NCBI GenBank assembly: GCA_964057225.1
Contig: OZ059898.1
Coordinates: 11,532,001-11,596,000 of the forward strand
Origin: Auanema rhodensis
Taxonomy: Eukaryota > Animalia > Nematoda
Reading direction: 5' to 3'
DNA length: 64,000 bases
The notes beneath the pieces are model-generated. The model saw only the letters and a list, made by a program, of their open reading frames with translations, ran no database searches and was not told the origin of the DNA. Shown here piece by piece: positions 41,304-55,200 of the stretch. The position numbers and the translations under genes are program-made. The first letter of the stretch is position 1. Every line of letters starts with the position of its first letter.

Positions 41304-42642
41304 TTTGAGAGATCACACAACCAATTTTATATTTTCATAAACATATACTGAAGTGTTGATGCTTTAAGTTTCAAGTTTTGTTTTTGTTTAAAGCAATGAG
41401 TTAAAAACCGAATCACGATTAATGATATACCAACGAAGAAAAAGAAAAATTGATTGAATAATATGATTTCTAAGGAGGAAAGAACTTTATTCAATTATTT
41501 TACATATAAAGAGAGAAAGAGATAGAGAGAATCTTGACTAAAGTCATGTCAAATAAATGACAAATGAATATCCTGCTATAGGCGGAGGACAATGTATCAA
41601 AGTGGTCGGCGACCTGTCCTATGAATGGCAAATTTCATATATTAAAATTGTTCTTAGATCAAATATGAAAATATATAAAGAAATCTGGAAAATATAGCTT
41701 ATTCATTCATCAAAATTTCAAAAGAAAAGTTTTGAAAAGAAGCAATAAATCTAAAAAAATGCTGATTTTAAGGCATAATCTGTAAGAATCGCCAAAAATG
41801 AGTTAACTGATTAAAGCTGAGTAAAGCTTGAAATTGAATGAATATATATTGTAAAACGAATAAACATCATGTAAGAAGGTTAAACTAGACAATCGAGTAC
41901 ATTGAGTTCAAGATGATGAGGTTAGAACCTCCGGAAATGTGCTGGATCAGACCAGCTATAGACAGTATAGACTATGAACAATTAAATGACGCAAGGACAC
42001 AGTCAATTGACACTAGGTACCTGACTACCTGTCTTGCCTCTTTTTCTCTTGATCTATCGTCTCATATAATATCTTAGATGGTATTCTTATTTTTGCTTTG
42101 AAAAGGTATAAACTAGATGAAATACTTGAAGATGATTAAGAAGTTCTTTTTTTCAAGAGAAATGATTCGAGTTTGTAGTGACGGTCTCGAAATTCTATAA
42201 CAGAGTGCAATATGTGCTAAAGTTTTAGGAATCAAAACACAACTTATGAGGTTGGTCTTCAAAAAGTTCACTGCCTTCCAGAAAAATAAATTAACAGTTT
42301 TGACTCTGAAGATTTGACAATTTGTTTGAAAAGCTGGTCTGAAGTATTGAAATGAAAACAGGACATGGGAGGCAAAAGAGTAGACAGTTTTAAGATTATT
42401 GAAAATCTAAAAGGTGGAGTGAAGGCATTATGTTCCATTTAAAATAATTGCTCGTCTTAGCTCCTACTGATCTTTTATTTTTTTTGTAAAAGAAGCAATG
42501 TTACAAATATTTATTGTTTTCAAAAGAATGTAAGAAAATTGGAAAAACTCATAAGCCAATTGAAAACGAAAGAAATGAATTCTGGCTACGCTTATGCAGC
42601 TTTATGCTGCATCTTCCTTAAGCAAGATAGAAAGAAAGAGAT

Positions 42643-42644
<2 letters not shown>

Positions 42645-42696
<52 letters not shown>

Positions 42697-42708
42697 GGAG
42701 AGGGAGAG
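42645..42708. repeat. (GA)n microsatellite
   Basis: Long GA run. Confidence 0.92.
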
Positions 42709-44504
42709 TATAAAATATACAGAACTAGTCATAAGGTAAAAAGAGAGGAAGATGAAGATGACGTCGAAAGGGAGGACAATTAGACGGTATACATGACTTC
42801 GCTTTCTACTCTCAAGCCTTGTCGTGAGGATAATACAGAACATTCATGTATGGTGTTCAAAAGCAAAACACAGCAGGTTGTCAGAATATGCGGGTACATT
42901 ACGAATGACCGCTTTTTCAGCATAAATATCTTCAGCTTCTTAACAAAAAATCTAGACTTTCAAGCTATGAAGGTTATAAAATGAAATAAATTCTACAACC
43001 AATTATACATACATATTAGGAAATACATACATATTTAGAAATAATATAAAGTCTCTCAACACCAATCCATCTATGATTTTCAGATGTAACATGAACTTGA
43101 ACAACCAACTTAACTGCACATAGATTGATTGAATATGGAAATTTTTTTTTACCAACTTCAGTAAAGATGTGGTGCTTTTAGTAAACTTCAGTTTTCGCTT
43201 TGTTTGATCAACATTTTGCTTATAATTTTTCTTAATTTTTCGAATTATAAATTTTTGAAGATTATCTTTGAAATTCCTTTTCCAGGATTAATGAATAAAA
43301 TGAAATACTAACTGTACAAGTTGATAGTACATGATGTACATTATTTTTTGATTTTTTATAATGAAATCAAGTTTCGAACTAAATGACCGTGACACTTGAA
43401 GTTGTGCAATTTCACGTCATTCTGACGTCTCCATTCTATATAGATGAGAATGAATATGATAATACTGTTATCTTGTTCATTTACTACAAAAGAAAAAGAG
43501 GAAGATGCTGCCCAGGTTTGTATAGAAAAACCAGTTTTTCAAGAGATATTCGTGGCCTCGTTAACATTTGGTTAACCCAAGACAGGGAATAGTAAAAGTT
43601 GATGTGTGTGTGAGAGAGAGAGAGAGAGACGAGTACGTAAGAAGAAGGGAATGAAGATAGAGACAAAGAAAACGGAAAAAACCTCCAAATTGGAGATGTT
43701 AGGAAATTTTAAAAATTTTTGTTACTCTTCAATACTCCTCCCCTCTTCTAATTTTTATAAAATGGGTATAATGGAATTACATTCACATCGTCTATTCATT
43801 AAGGAATGACGTGATGTTGCTGGCTATTAGCTTATAACTAGCTAGTAGTATGAGTATATCATTATCAACTAAAACTATATAATATAGTTTTCTTAACTTT
43901 AATTTCTTTTTTTTCCTTCTAAATATTATGCCAAAATTTGACCTCTACATAGCAAATTATTATTCGCAAAATCATTTCAACAAGAATAGTCATATAGGAG
44001 ATAGTTCTTCGTTTTCTTCTTTCTTATTATAAAACTTATATGTTATGTTTGTCCTAAATTTTAATAAAAAATAACTTCAGAAATTATAAAAACAAGAAGA
44101 TTTTTCTTTTCAATAATCTTTGTCTTCTCCATTCATCCATTCATATAATCTTTTACTATTGCTACTGTTATAAGTTGCATATCATGCTGTTTCATAATGA
44201 TCAACACAGAAGCTACTTTGTTCTCAATCATTCCTTTTTTAGAAGAAAAAAAAACAAAAATGTCCTTAGATTCTCATTTGTGATCATTAATACAACAAAA
44301 ACGTCATTCACATCGATCGAGACATACTTGCATATGGGTGAACAGTCGCTGCCACCGAATAACCTTGATAGTTTTAGAACTTTTTAGGTGTATGCACCAT
44401 GATTTCCTCATTTTTTGCAATAGTTTCTCCTCGTGTTGTTTATATTTTGTATATTGTTTGATCATTCAAATGTATCTTTTAATTATTTTATTTTGAACTT
44501 AGTT

Positions 44505-45734
44505 ATGGCTCAAGTTCATGTAGAGTTAGGTCATTTACCATTTGATGATTATAAAGTGAAGTATAGATGCTGTTGTAGTTGTATGCATGTTAAGGTAAAT
44601 GACAATTTTCATTTTTTATTTTATTATAAGAATTTTAAAAATATTAGACTGGAACTTATGTAATGGGAGTACTTTCACTATTCAGCATAGTACGCTCATT
44701 CGGAGGGGTCACACGTTTGCACGACGGAGAATATTTGGACTTTGTTGATGTAAGTTTTTGTATAATAAAATTATAATAAAAAAATTAATCTTTGTTGATT
44801 TCGAAAGTTAAAAAAAATTTGTTTGAAAACTTTGGTGACATTTTGAGTGTAGCACAATCAAAACATATCAAAATCTATGGATATGACACATACTACATAT
44901 GCTCTTATTCGAAATGATGAATACAATTTGGTTGAGATTGTTGAAAATCTTAGAAACAATACCCTTATTCAACTTACTCTTTCAGCTGTTTTGCTTTTCC
45001 TATTACATCCAAATTTACAGACTGCTATTGGTCTAATTTCTCTGTTTGCTGTTATATGTTTGTTTGTTGGATTAGTAAAAAACAAGAAACACCTTCTGAT
45101 ACCAAGTATAGTTCTACAGGTTCCTTTTAATCTTTTTTCTTCAAAATCTTGATTATTTACAAATTATTTATGAAACAATTTACTTTTTTTAAGGTAGTAA
45201 CTTGTATGGTATCGGTAGCAATATGCATATCCCTAATATGGGCAATGATTGATCCCGATAGCTTACCTGGAAGAATTATCAGTGTAAGAATATATTTCTA
45301 GTTGCATACAATGGTTAGAACTTTTTTAGAATATAGTCCACTCAGAAGAACAAGTAAAGAAGACAATAACTGAGACCGAAGATCTTGAAAAAAAGACAAA
45401 AATACGTATGAATTTCTTACAAGTAACCTTGAATTATAAGAATTATATTTAGATATTGAAGCAATGGCCTTTTTATTTTTAGTTGCATTTGCTATTGCTG
45501 CTTTCTTACAATTTTTAATTTATCGACTATATAGGAAGTAAGTTTTCTTTCACTATCTTTCTCTCTTCCTCTCTCTCTCTCTCTCTTTTTTTCCTCTCTC
45601 TCCCTATCTCTTTTATGCATATTCTTCATAGATGCTACAACTACTTAGTTGATTTGGAAGAACATATCAAACAATCTGGAAACCACAAGGAATTCAACAC
45701 CGTAACACCAAGTGCACCATCTCAATCGTCATAG
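44505..45734 (+). CDS. Four-TM membrane protein (LAPTM-like nematode family), paralogue A
   Basis: YRCCCSCMHVK|TGTYVMG N-terminus, CLFVGLVKNKKHLLIPSIVLQ, and an RCYNYL-type motif after TM4; 7 exons. Confidence 0.8.
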
Positions 45735-46074
45735 ATATGAAATAATGTGAACAATCTCTTCTGAAAATTCGTGAATAAAATGTATAAAACTTATCATTTT
45801 TAAATTAAATTTGATATAAATTCTAAAAAATAATAAATTTTAACCAAAATATGGTTTAAAGTTTATATATTAAAGATATAATCATAAAAACCAAAGCAAA
45901 ACAGTCTTTAGTTTAATTTTAAAGATTACAGAAAATATCACAAAAAACAATTTGTAACAGTGCTCTTCTGTTCTTGTCCCGTGGACTGAACATCGAATCG
46001 TTTATTTTTTATATTTTATAAAATAAGTTTATTCTTAAAGTTCTTGGAATATATTATATAAATCTTTTAAGATT

Positions 46075-46961
46075 ATGCCAATTGAAAAAGAGAACAATTC
46101 GCTCTCAAACTTTAATCATGATGATCCAAAATATAAATTTTTTTGCAAACAAGTACATGTGAAGGTAATTTAAATTTAAAAATAATAATAATGAATAGTA
46201 AACTTTAGAAAGTATGCTATGTAGTTTGGAGCATTTGCGTCTTAATATTGGTTCAACAGCTTCCTTGTTTCGTTTCCTTTTTACATTCTAGAAGTCCCGT
46301 AGTTTCAATGCCTGTAGTGAGTGTCATTTCTCATTAAATATATTATATATTGTGGTTAACTATATGAAATTCAAGATCTTAAAAACGAAGATTAATATTG
46401 TTTCAGATAATTGGTTTTCCTCTACTCGTCATTGCTCTTACTTCTGCAATTATTGGATTATTAAACAACAGGAAAGCATATCTTTGGCCAATTCTAATAA
46501 TACTTGTATGTTGAACTTTTTGCACAAAATGCTTTACTGATTTGATATTTCATTTGTAGGTGACTTTCATAATCATTATGTTTTTTCTCTTAATCCATGG
46601 TGTTTATACAATCTTGGAAGATGACTATAAGAGTATGATGTATATGAGGCTCAAATGCTTCCCATCTTCAAGTAAATTCAGATACATTATCTTTGTTTAA
46701 TGTTATTGTTTTAAGCTGCTATTATGGAAACCATTCAACTTATGTTATCGTTTTCCCCCTCACTCCTTGCTCTAGCTTATATTCAAGGAGTATTTGGGAG
46801 GTAAATTTTCTCTATCTCTCTCTATCTCTATTGATCTCTTTACCCCCCCCCCCTCTCTCTCTCTCATGCATGTTGTTTATAGATGCTACAAGTACTTAGC
46901 TGATTTGGAAGAACATATCAAACAATCTGGAAACCACGAGGAATACCGTAACGCCAATTAA
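46075..46961 (+). CDS. Four-TM membrane protein, tandem paralogue B
   Basis: DPKYKFFCKQVHVK|, IIGLLNNRKAYLWPILII and RCYKYLADLEEHIKQSGNHEEYRNAN*. Intron positions parallel paralogue A. Confidence 0.72.
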
Positions 46962-47116
46962 AAACTGAACTCAAATACTCAGAACTCTTCAATTCTAGAA
47001 GTCTGTACTTCTACTTTCTTTTTATATTCTTAATGGAAATAACGATATAATAAAATTTATTTACTTTATTAACAATAATCAATAATATGTTTATTATTTT
47101 TTATTTGAAAAACAAG

Positions 47117-47970
47117 TTACTCTTTAGCGTTTTCAGCAAAAAATTTGTTCAAGGAAGCTACATCGTCTATGTGCTCTTTTTCCCAAGTAATCAAGCCTTT
47201 CAGTTGCTCAAGCTGTAATGTTTGTAGAAATGAGTTAAATCTTGAAATGAAATCAAACCGTTTTTTCTTTGCCTTGTTTTTCAGCTACATTACGAGAAAC
47301 CATCAAAACCGTTTTGGGAATGGCTTGAGTCAAGCTTCCCAGGCTTTTATATGAATCTTGGAGATAATCGGATATCTTTAATAATACAGTACAGCTTATG
47401 TTGTGTTTTAACAAAACAGTTTCTAACTTAGCTTTTTAGAATATAATTCTAATGCTTTATAGAAATTTTAATAAAAAGGTGGACAAACCTGTTCATCAGA
47501 TATTTGTTGATCAAACTCAGATATCATCTGTTGATTCATGGCTTCTAATACTTGAATATACTGTTTAGCTTCTTTTACAACTGCCAAATATTTTTGTTTA
47601 ATCTAAAATTTATAAAAGTAAAAGAATTCATTTGAAAAACAAATGGTTATCACATCTTTGTTTCCAAGTTTTTTTGCAAAATCCTGAAGAGTTTTTAATT
47701 GTTGTTGGGTGGTTTGGTCTGTCGTGATTCTTGTTATCACCTGAATATGATGAATGAATAGAAATGTGAGTATCGAACTGATTGAGTACAAACCTCATTT
47801 TGTTTCGCTGGTGGCAGTATATCTTGAAACTTCTGGGCCCAAAATGCATCAGAAAGTTTAGGAATCTGTTAAAATTATAGAATATAAGAGATATAAGAAA
47901 TATGAACAAATACCGTTACAGCTGCTGCTGAAAGAAATAATGTAAGAGAGATGATAGATGCTCGAATCAT
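47117..47970 (-). CDS. Small secreted alpha-helical protein (possibly SXP/RAL-2-like)
   Basis: Signal peptide MIRASIISLTLFLSAAAVT followed by Q/K/E-rich helical exons (KFQDILPPAKQNE|VITRITTDQTTQQQLKTLQDFAKKLG...) ending ..FAENAKE*. The family call is weak. Confidence 0.6.
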
Positions 47971-48245
47971 TGCTCTACACAGTTTTACCTAATACTGAAA
48001 CAGGAGTTCGTTTGTTTTCAGTAACTGTTTTCGAGAATCATTGTATTTATGAAACCGGTTGGATAAGTTTTTGAACAGATCGTCAATATTAAGTCTCACA
48101 GCCTAAGTGTCAATCAAAAACCTCCATATGTATGCATGTATGTGTGAAAAAATGAGAATTAAAAACTGATTTTCAAAAGAATTATGGATAAAAAAATGAA
48201 TATGGTACGTGGAAACACATACAGAACAGGTGTTTCATAGCTGAG

Positions 48246-48247
<2 letters not shown>

Positions 48248-48291
<44 letters not shown>

Positions 48292-48312
48292 AAAGAGAGA
48301 GAGTTTTAAAGA
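48248..48312. repeat. (GA)n microsatellite ending in a 16-bp direct duplication
   Basis: GA run followed by two copies of GAGAGAGAGTTTTAAA. Confidence 0.9.
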
Positions 48313-48772
48313 GGTTGTGTTTCATTAATGTTGTAGTCTGATTGAGAGAAGTACATTCAACATTTTTTTATGTTGAAAATTTCAGTGATGACAAGAGAAA
48401 TCCTAATGAAAACATGTATCTGCAAAAAAAAAAGAAAGAACGAAGTATATTTCAGAAATATATTTAATGGTAACTATATATACACATAGTTCTCTAACTA
48501 AACTAACTAAGTTGTATATAATATATAATAGTTGATGAAAGAATAACAATCAGTTTGTAAGATATCAATTCATGGCTTATTTCCTTTTTTTTTCGAGTAA
48601 TTTAAGGAAAAAAAAAGAAATAAAAAGTTATAATCTAATAATAAAATATAATAAAATTAATTATAAAATACATATATGTATATATATATTATGATTGGAT
48701 CATAAAAAATATTAAACGTTTCAATATCTCTTTGATGCATAGTTAAATAGAATTGAATGTATTTGGTTTTGC

Positions 48773-51189
48773 TTAAAATCGTAATGAAACTTCATCAGCT
48801 TTGATGAAGCTTTTTGAGCCAATGCCATTGAGTATGATATCTTTAGTGTCAGTCCGTTGCTCGTTGTCGTAATGATTATAGATGAAAGTTGGTATTTTCT
48901 AAACATATCCCTTCAATCATTCTATAATCAAATTGAAAGTACCGGAGATTCTCGGCGAAGGAGCGCTGGGGCTAGCAGCTGAATCAGCAATTGTCCAATT
49001 GGAGCAGTCACGAAAATGGATAAAATGGCTGCGGTCACAATCTGAAATAGGATTCAGTTGTGAAGGTTTGATGCGTAATTCATCTGAATTACAGTCTGAA
49101 TTTGTTCTTCCATTTCTGGATACATGCTAATGAATCCAAGGAGTGCGGGTGAGAGAGCAGCCTAAGGAGGTAAGTTTTGATGAAAACTCATAAACAACTT
49201 AGAAAAACATGTTTTGTGGTTAGTATATTTACCTGAACAGTTGCTTTAGGAAGCATTGTTAAAGCAGCAAAAATGCTTTCTTGCAAATTGAAGCAGAAAG
49301 AGCTTATGATGATAGTTGAAATAAACCTTCCAGCTAATCCAATAGCAATAAGTACAAGAGAAAGAAGTACAGTATCTTGATGAATCTATAAAAATCAATC
49401 AATATTTTTGTGAAACCACAGATCAATTCTATTACATAGCTAATATTTAGTTTCATTCCAATAGAAGCGAATAATAATGGCATGAAAATAAGAGACCATA
49501 AACTATCAGCTAAACTCTCTTGTACTTTGGTCTAAACAATTTGAAATTTCTCTCAAAGTTTTTAAAGTTTAAAAATTTACTCCTTTATCGTTATCTACTT
49601 TCCATTTACGTGAAGCTATTAAGCTGAGCATTATGGCAGATATTACTCCGGCACATGTCCATCCCAATGAATTGAAGCCTGCAAATATAGATTTTGGATT
49701 ACTGTAAGATACCGTAATCCATAGCTACCAATGAAAGCAGCTGAAGTTGCTGATCCTAAAATCAATGATCGCACTACTCCGCAATTTGCTTCTGTGTTCA
49801 AGGGGAAAAACCATAACAGAACTCCTGTAAAATACAATAATCCGATTATTTTTTTAAGAAAATTGATGTTTTTGTTTAAAATTTTGAAAAATTTGATTGA
49901 CCTACGACAATTCCTGCGATGATACCAGAAAATATTTGAAGGAAAATCAAGAGAACAGTCATTGATGGAACTTCTGAAAAACTACTTTGAGACTACTTCT
50001 GGATAACAGACTACCATTGGAAAAGATAGATGAAACAGAAGTTGTAACTCCAATAATACAAATAACATTATCCAAAGAAGCAGCAGCTAGAAGTCCAGGA
50101 ACAACCTAAATATCAACAAGAATTTGTGTTTAAGTTAGCTGGATTTTACTTTTTCTTCTCCTCTTCCATCATTTTGGATGTCAATAAGAATTGGAACTGT
50201 AACTGCTGGAGAGACGGCAGCCAATAGAAATCTGCAACGAATTTTAATTTTAATGCTGAAGCTTCTGAGAAAATGTTTTCGAAAAAATTGTTTTTTATCA
50301 TTAAATACTGAAATTGAGAAAAAGACAGAGTAATGAAAAGAAATATATGTATTAATATTTGAATTACCCGGCAAGAACAGCAAGAGCAACATCAATGTGA
50401 AACAGGAAATATGCTGCAACTCCAACGCAAGCAGCTTCAATAAGTGGAGTGAAAATTCCGACAGCCAATGGAAGAACCTATAATCCAAATACAAATATCA
50501 ATTCATATATTTTTATTTAAAAAAATGAAAACAGAAACATTAGAAGTGTCTTAGTTACCGGTCTTCTCCTGATTTCTGCCCATCTCAATCCAAGACCCCA
50601 TTTGGCCATGATGCAAGCCAGAGCAGCTACACGAATGATATTCTGCCAATTGCTGTTGATAGAAAATGTTTCCGATAACAAAGGAATATTTGTGAAAGCA
50701 ATTCCGGTAAGAAGAGCTCCTGAAGATAGGATATACAGTTGGACTGGCTACTCGTACATATGAGATTTGTATTACCAAAAAGTGCAGGAATACGAATAAC
50801 ACTCACAACCCATCCAAGTGCTAAAGATGTTAAAAGAAGGACAAATATGGACAAAATATTATTTGTCATCTCATCAGAGAATTCATTATTATAGCCAGTT
50901 AATGGATGTACTTAAAATATTTAAATATTACATATAATTAATAATATTTATAATATTAAAACTAACATATATTTCTAGATAGTAGAGCTATTATAGTTAG
51001 ATAGATGAATCCACTAATAAGTAAATATGTTATTGTTGTATTAACCTAAAACATTTAATTCTTCTTTTTTTTCTCATTAAAATATTGAAATAAATATAAA
51101 TTGTTTACATATTTATCTCGAACTGCTTTATAAAGTTCCGAAAAACAACCGTTGCCTTCAACTGATGAAGCCGTATCCGAATCTTTCAT
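48773..51189 (-). CDS. Na+/H+ antiporter of the SLC9B (NHA, CPA2) family
   Basis: FLLAAVSPAVTVP, GRGEEK.VPGLLAAASLDNV, PLLFASIG, PKATVQAALSP and IVTAAILSIFVTAPIG motifs, with multiple TM helices. Start MKDSD at 51189, stop at 48773. Confidence 0.9.
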
Positions 51190-51551
51190 TACCTGATTAG
51201 GATGATTACGGAAAGATTACCTGAAACAAAACGTTGAAAAGTAAGAAATAAACAGAGTTTTTCTGTAGTTTCAATAAAGAAACAACGTATTCAGAGCGAT
51301 ATGAATATAAACTGAAACGATGTGAATGAAAATTATGAAATGAGCCAATTCAGAGATTGACGTCGAAACAGTGTGAAGTTCAATAAATGATTATGCAAAA
51401 TCGGTCTGTCGTCCGAAAAACGGTAGAGTTATATGCTAAGACGATGAATAATTCAAAAATCAGCATATACTATGTCATTATGAATCATAATCCACTCGTT
51501 TAGTACATGCAACTATGTTACAAATGCTCTTTGTTTCTCAGAGTAATACAG

Positions 51552-51555
<4 letters not shown>

Positions 51556-51599
<44 letters not shown>

Positions 51600-51617
51600 T
51601 CACTCTCTCGCTCTCTC
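51556..51617. repeat. (CT)n microsatellite
   Basis: Long CT run. Confidence 0.92.
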
Positions 51618-52227
51618 TTTCTTTGTAGTGCTCTCTTTGTTATTCTTTCTATATCTTTGAATCTGATAATATTTCAATTTCAACAAGATATATTATAGTA
51701 TTACCTACTATCAATTTGAAGACTGTTTCACATTATTGAAGAGATTTGAGGAAAAAACAATTGGAATAACTTAATCACTATCAACATCTGATTAAAGATT
51801 AACGAAACATATCTCTAAGCCATCAATTCACATGACAAAAGATATATTGCTTCTAATTGAAATCTAAAATCCATGAAATGCTCAGCTTTCGATAGTTAGA
51901 GATCAACTTTTCAGATTGAAGAGTTGAAAATAATAAATTTTCTTAACTTCTGCAATATATTTTTGAACAATATATAGTATAGATTCATATACTTTGAGTT
52001 TTCTTCATAAATCTTCATTTATAAGCACTTGTTGTGTAATTGTCATCGTCAACTGGCCTGACAATCAGGATCGATTAGTTTCGTTTGTCAGCTGCTCATT
52101 CTTGGCTATTCTCTTTGAATTCTTAAATCCAGAATTTAACTGTTTATCTACCTTGATCAGCTTGATTAAAAATTTCAAAGCTATTTCCCTCAAAATACAA
52201 TAATTTCCATGGCTAATTCAGTTAATT

Positions 52228-55200
52228 ATGCTACCTGACAACTTGTATATTCCTATTATTCTTATAGTTTTAAATATTTTGTTGGATAGCTGCCAAGCTG
52301 CTTCATCATGTCCTGTTCCAGCCAGTGGTCGTCCAAAATATTGTCGAAGGTAGTAAAACAAAAAAAAAATGAGAAAAAAGCCTAGACACGGAAGTTATAT
52401 ACTTTTAGCCACATTTTCAAGCATCTTCTGAGAAATATAGGAGCTTGATGCTTATGAGGCTGCTTATGCTTTCGCACTAATCTACCTACCTTTTAGAGAA
52501 TGTTCAGCTGATGATGATTGCAAAAAACATAAAAAATGCTTATGTGATGGAGAATGTGGCTCAAGTTGTGTTAATCCAGGTACGTGCTTTTCGAACATTG
52601 GTTTTGTGTCATCGTTCAGCTTTTCTTCTTAAGCTTCAACTTGTCATGCTCTTCAAGAAATTGAAAATGGATTCTTTCGAACAGCAGGAGAGCTAAAGTA
52701 ATATCAGAAATGATTTTATTTATAATTTGAATTATATTCATCTAGATTTGGATCAAATGCCGAGTATTCTTGTAACAAAGGATATGTGCTTATTGGGCCT
52801 AGTCAACGACGATGTCAAGGAAATCGAGAATGGAGTGGAGCTCAGCCAATTTGTCGCTTACAACGTTTGTTCAAAGCTTCCAAAACAAATTTTTTGTTTT
52901 AAACCTTTGGAACATTTTTATTTTTTTTCAGTGAAATGTGGACCACCGCCAGAAATTCCGTATGCTATACATGATGGAGCATCATATACAGGAGAATATG
53001 ATCTTGATGCTGAAGTAACATATTCATGCGTACCTGGATATCATAAATTTAATTCAAAAGTAACCGTATACCCTTATATGATAATTTAAAAAAAAACTTA
53101 TTCAAGGGATTAGCTTTAGCTAAATGTTTGTTAAATAGGAAAAACATTGCTCAATGGTTTGGCCCCGAATTGAAATGCAAAGGTAGATAAGTTGATTATG
53201 CTGTTATACATATATAGATAAAAAGAAATATTTGTATGTTATAGCTAGATCATGTCCTGATCCTGGAAAACTTGAAAATGGCTTTCGTGAAGGTGAAGTA
53301 TTTGAGTATCCACATACAGTTGCTTACTCTTGTGCTCCTGGATTTTTACTATTTGGGCCGACAACGAGAAAATGCGAGAGTAACGGCGAATGGACAGAAG
53401 AACAACCTGTTTGCAAAGGTTTTCAACACATAAATTATTCTTAAAATATCTAGTTATCAACATATGCTTATGAGAATATATAATGCTGTAAAATTTTTAA
53501 AAGAATTATTTAAAAATGCAGCCGCTTCGCACTAAATTAACATATAAAATAACAGAATAGGTTGACGTACGTATATTCACGTAAAATAATAATATTATTG
53601 ATTATATAGATTGATAGATAGATAGATAGATAGATAATACAAAAATATAATTTAATGATGATAATGAAAAGAAGAGAAATTTTAATTTTTTTAAGAAAAT
53701 TTGAAATTTTTAGCAACTGAATGTCCGCGACCACCTGATCCATTATATGGAAGAGTTTTGGGTACATCACTTACATATGAATCAAAAGTTACTTATGAAT
53801 GTAAAGAAGGATATAGGTTAGTTTTAGAATTTTAAAATTTATCAAAAATAAAAATAAATTCTGCAGATTGGTGGGACAAGTTGAACGTACGTGTATGGCT
53901 GAAGGATTATGGGCTGGCATGGAGCCGAAGTGTGAAGGTAGCACTGTTATGTACGGTAGAAAATATTTTTGAATTTGGTTATTTGACACAGAAATTCGTT
54001 GTCCACCTTTACCAAATCTGGAAAATGGATATATTGAAGGTGGAGAATCATTCTATGGAGCTACAGCTACTTTTAGGTGTAATTTAGCAAATATATAGAA
54101 TAGACTAATTGAATGCTTGTATAGATGCTTGGAAGCTATGACTCATATAGGTGCTTCTGAAGCTAAATGTCTTGAGAATGGTCAATGGAGCCATGCAGTT
54201 CCACGTTGTCTTGGTAGGAATACAATCTATTAAGGATTATATTTGAATATATCTGTTTGACAGGATCATGCAAAGTTCCAAGAATCGAAAATGGAAAAAT
54301 AAAAAATAAAATTAGCGATCAGCTTGTTCAATCAGGTTCGTCAAGATTTTCATATTTTGTGAAAAATTTTTGATATTCTTTAAGGAAATATTGTTGAAGT
54401 TGAATGTGATAATAAGTATGAAACTAATATGAAAAATAAAATGAATTGTCATAATTCAACATGGAGTCATGTACCTATTTGTACTCCTTGTAAGTAAATT
54501 CTTAATTATTATCTTATAATATTCAAATATTTGAGTGAATTGTCATGATTGGCCACCAAGAGTTCCACATGCTCGTATATTATTTACTAAATCATCACAT
54601 GGAGCTGTTGCTAAATATGAATGTAAGAGTGGGTAAGTTGATAAATTTATTTTTCTCTTCTACTCAATACGATATTTTTGTTTTTATTTTCAGTTTTTAT
54701 CCGAGTACAGATGCTCAACAGCGTATAAAATGCTTATATGGTCAATGGACAAGAGAAGGTCCAACTCTTAGATGTCTTCCAAGTTTGTGATTCCTAAATT
54801 TTCTCGATAAACATAAACTTATAGCTTCATGTGAACATCCATCAAAAACATTTGGAACACTAGTAGGAGGCCAAATATTGCTCGAAGGTCAAATGGGAGC
54901 ATATGATTTTGCTCACTATATCCAAAAGTAAATTCAAATTTTCAATGAATAAAGTAATATAATTAATTTTTTTTTCAGAGTAGAACAAGGTCGAGCCATT
55001 GTATTTCAATGTAATAAAGGAAATTATTTGATTGGTAAGATTAATTATTCCAATTCATTCATATACGAATATCATTGTTAATTGAAGGAGCTCCGAAAGC
55101 TTCATGTGTAGATGGTGAATGGATGCCTAAGGTTCGACCAAAATGTGTTTCTCAAACACATCCTATGATTGAAGGACGAATCACATGGGATCGTAAGAAA

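Noticed and set aside
42539-43809. ERERER and SLSLSL ORFs
   Set aside because: They are translations of GA microsatellites.
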